Source: a virus. Taken from it: DNA of 13,134 nucleotides. Each line of letters opens with the position of its first letter. Position 1 is the first letter of the stretch. Shown piece by piece: positions 13,030 to 13,134 of this stretch. The stretch is taken from IMG/VR virus record IMGVR_UViG_3300045988_132438, positions 1-13,134 of that record. The stretch is one strand, 5' to 3'. The notes beneath the pieces were generated by a model. It was not told where the DNA came from. It did no database searches and saw nothing but the letters and a program-made list of their open reading frames with translations. The position numbers and the translations under genes are program-made.

Positions 13030-13134
13030 ATTCCCTCCTGCCAGTTGGCTGTGCTGTATTGATTTGTTGAGTTTATTATAGTCCAAATGAACTAATATGT
13101 CAACAGGATAAGTGACAGACTTTGTGTGATATTG
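13025..13134. repeat. Right inverted terminal repeat (ITR-R), 110 bp
   Basis: Exact reverse complement of 1-110. Confidence 0.97.
13075..13103 (-). promoter_or_regulatory. Consensus early promoter inside ITR-R, directed inward (mirror of 32-60)
   Basis: On the minus strand: TTGACA (13103-13098), 17 nt, TATAAT (13080-13075). The predicted TSS is about 13068. Confidence 0.8.

Noticed and set aside
1-13134. The terminal inverted repeats could mark a transposon/IS, a casposon-like element or a linear plasmid.
   Set aside because: There is no transposase, integrase or Cas1. The content is a full tailed-phage morphogenesis set plus TP/PolB. ITRs with protein-primed PolB are the standard end structure of phi29-like phages.
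1-13134. Searched for CRISPR arrays, long tandem repeats, rRNA, integrase/repressor lysogeny modules and toxin-antitoxin pairs.
   Set aside because: I saw none. Apart from the ITRs, the only repeats are short ones, such as RBS-region similarity (AAAAGGAGAAAAAAT at about 3856 and 5325) and the small motifs reported above.

Overview
The window is bounded by a perfect 110-bp inverted terminal repeat (1-110 is the exact reverse complement of 13025-13134). It reads as a complete 13,134-bp linear genome of a very small phi29-like podophage with protein-primed replication. Strong AGGAGG-type ribosome-binding sites, about 40% GC and an NlpC/P60+SH3 endolysin suggest a low-GC Gram-positive host. Each ITR carries a perfect TTGACA-17-TATAAT promoter, a Shine-Dalgarno site and a start codon, all pointing inward. 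The plus strand (111-12289) encodes, in order: small AT-rich early ORFs; a terminal-protein candidate; a family-B DNA polymerase with every Exo and Pol motif readable; three tiny ORFs; a SpoVG-like protein; and a phi29 gp16-like packaging ATPase. These are followed by a structured non-coding element, a scaffold candidate, a gp8-like major capsid protein, a 106-aa unknown, holin plus endolysin, a gp9-like tail knob, a gp10-like portal, a gp11-like lower collar, and a tail appendage with an SGNH esterase domain. A bidirectional terminator (12302-12335) separates this long operon from three small ORFan genes on the minus strand, which are driven by the right ITR promoter. I saw no integrase, repressor, tRNA, CRISPR array or transposase. 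The most interesting signals are the miniaturised genome itself, the promoter-bearing ITRs, a promoter-driven three-way-junction RNA next to the packaging ATPase (packaging RNA or attenuator candidate), an intragenic terminator-like hairpin early in the tail-knob gene, and a SpoVG-like protein in the replication module. All homology statements rest on my reading of motifs and recalled phi29 protein sequences, not on database searches.
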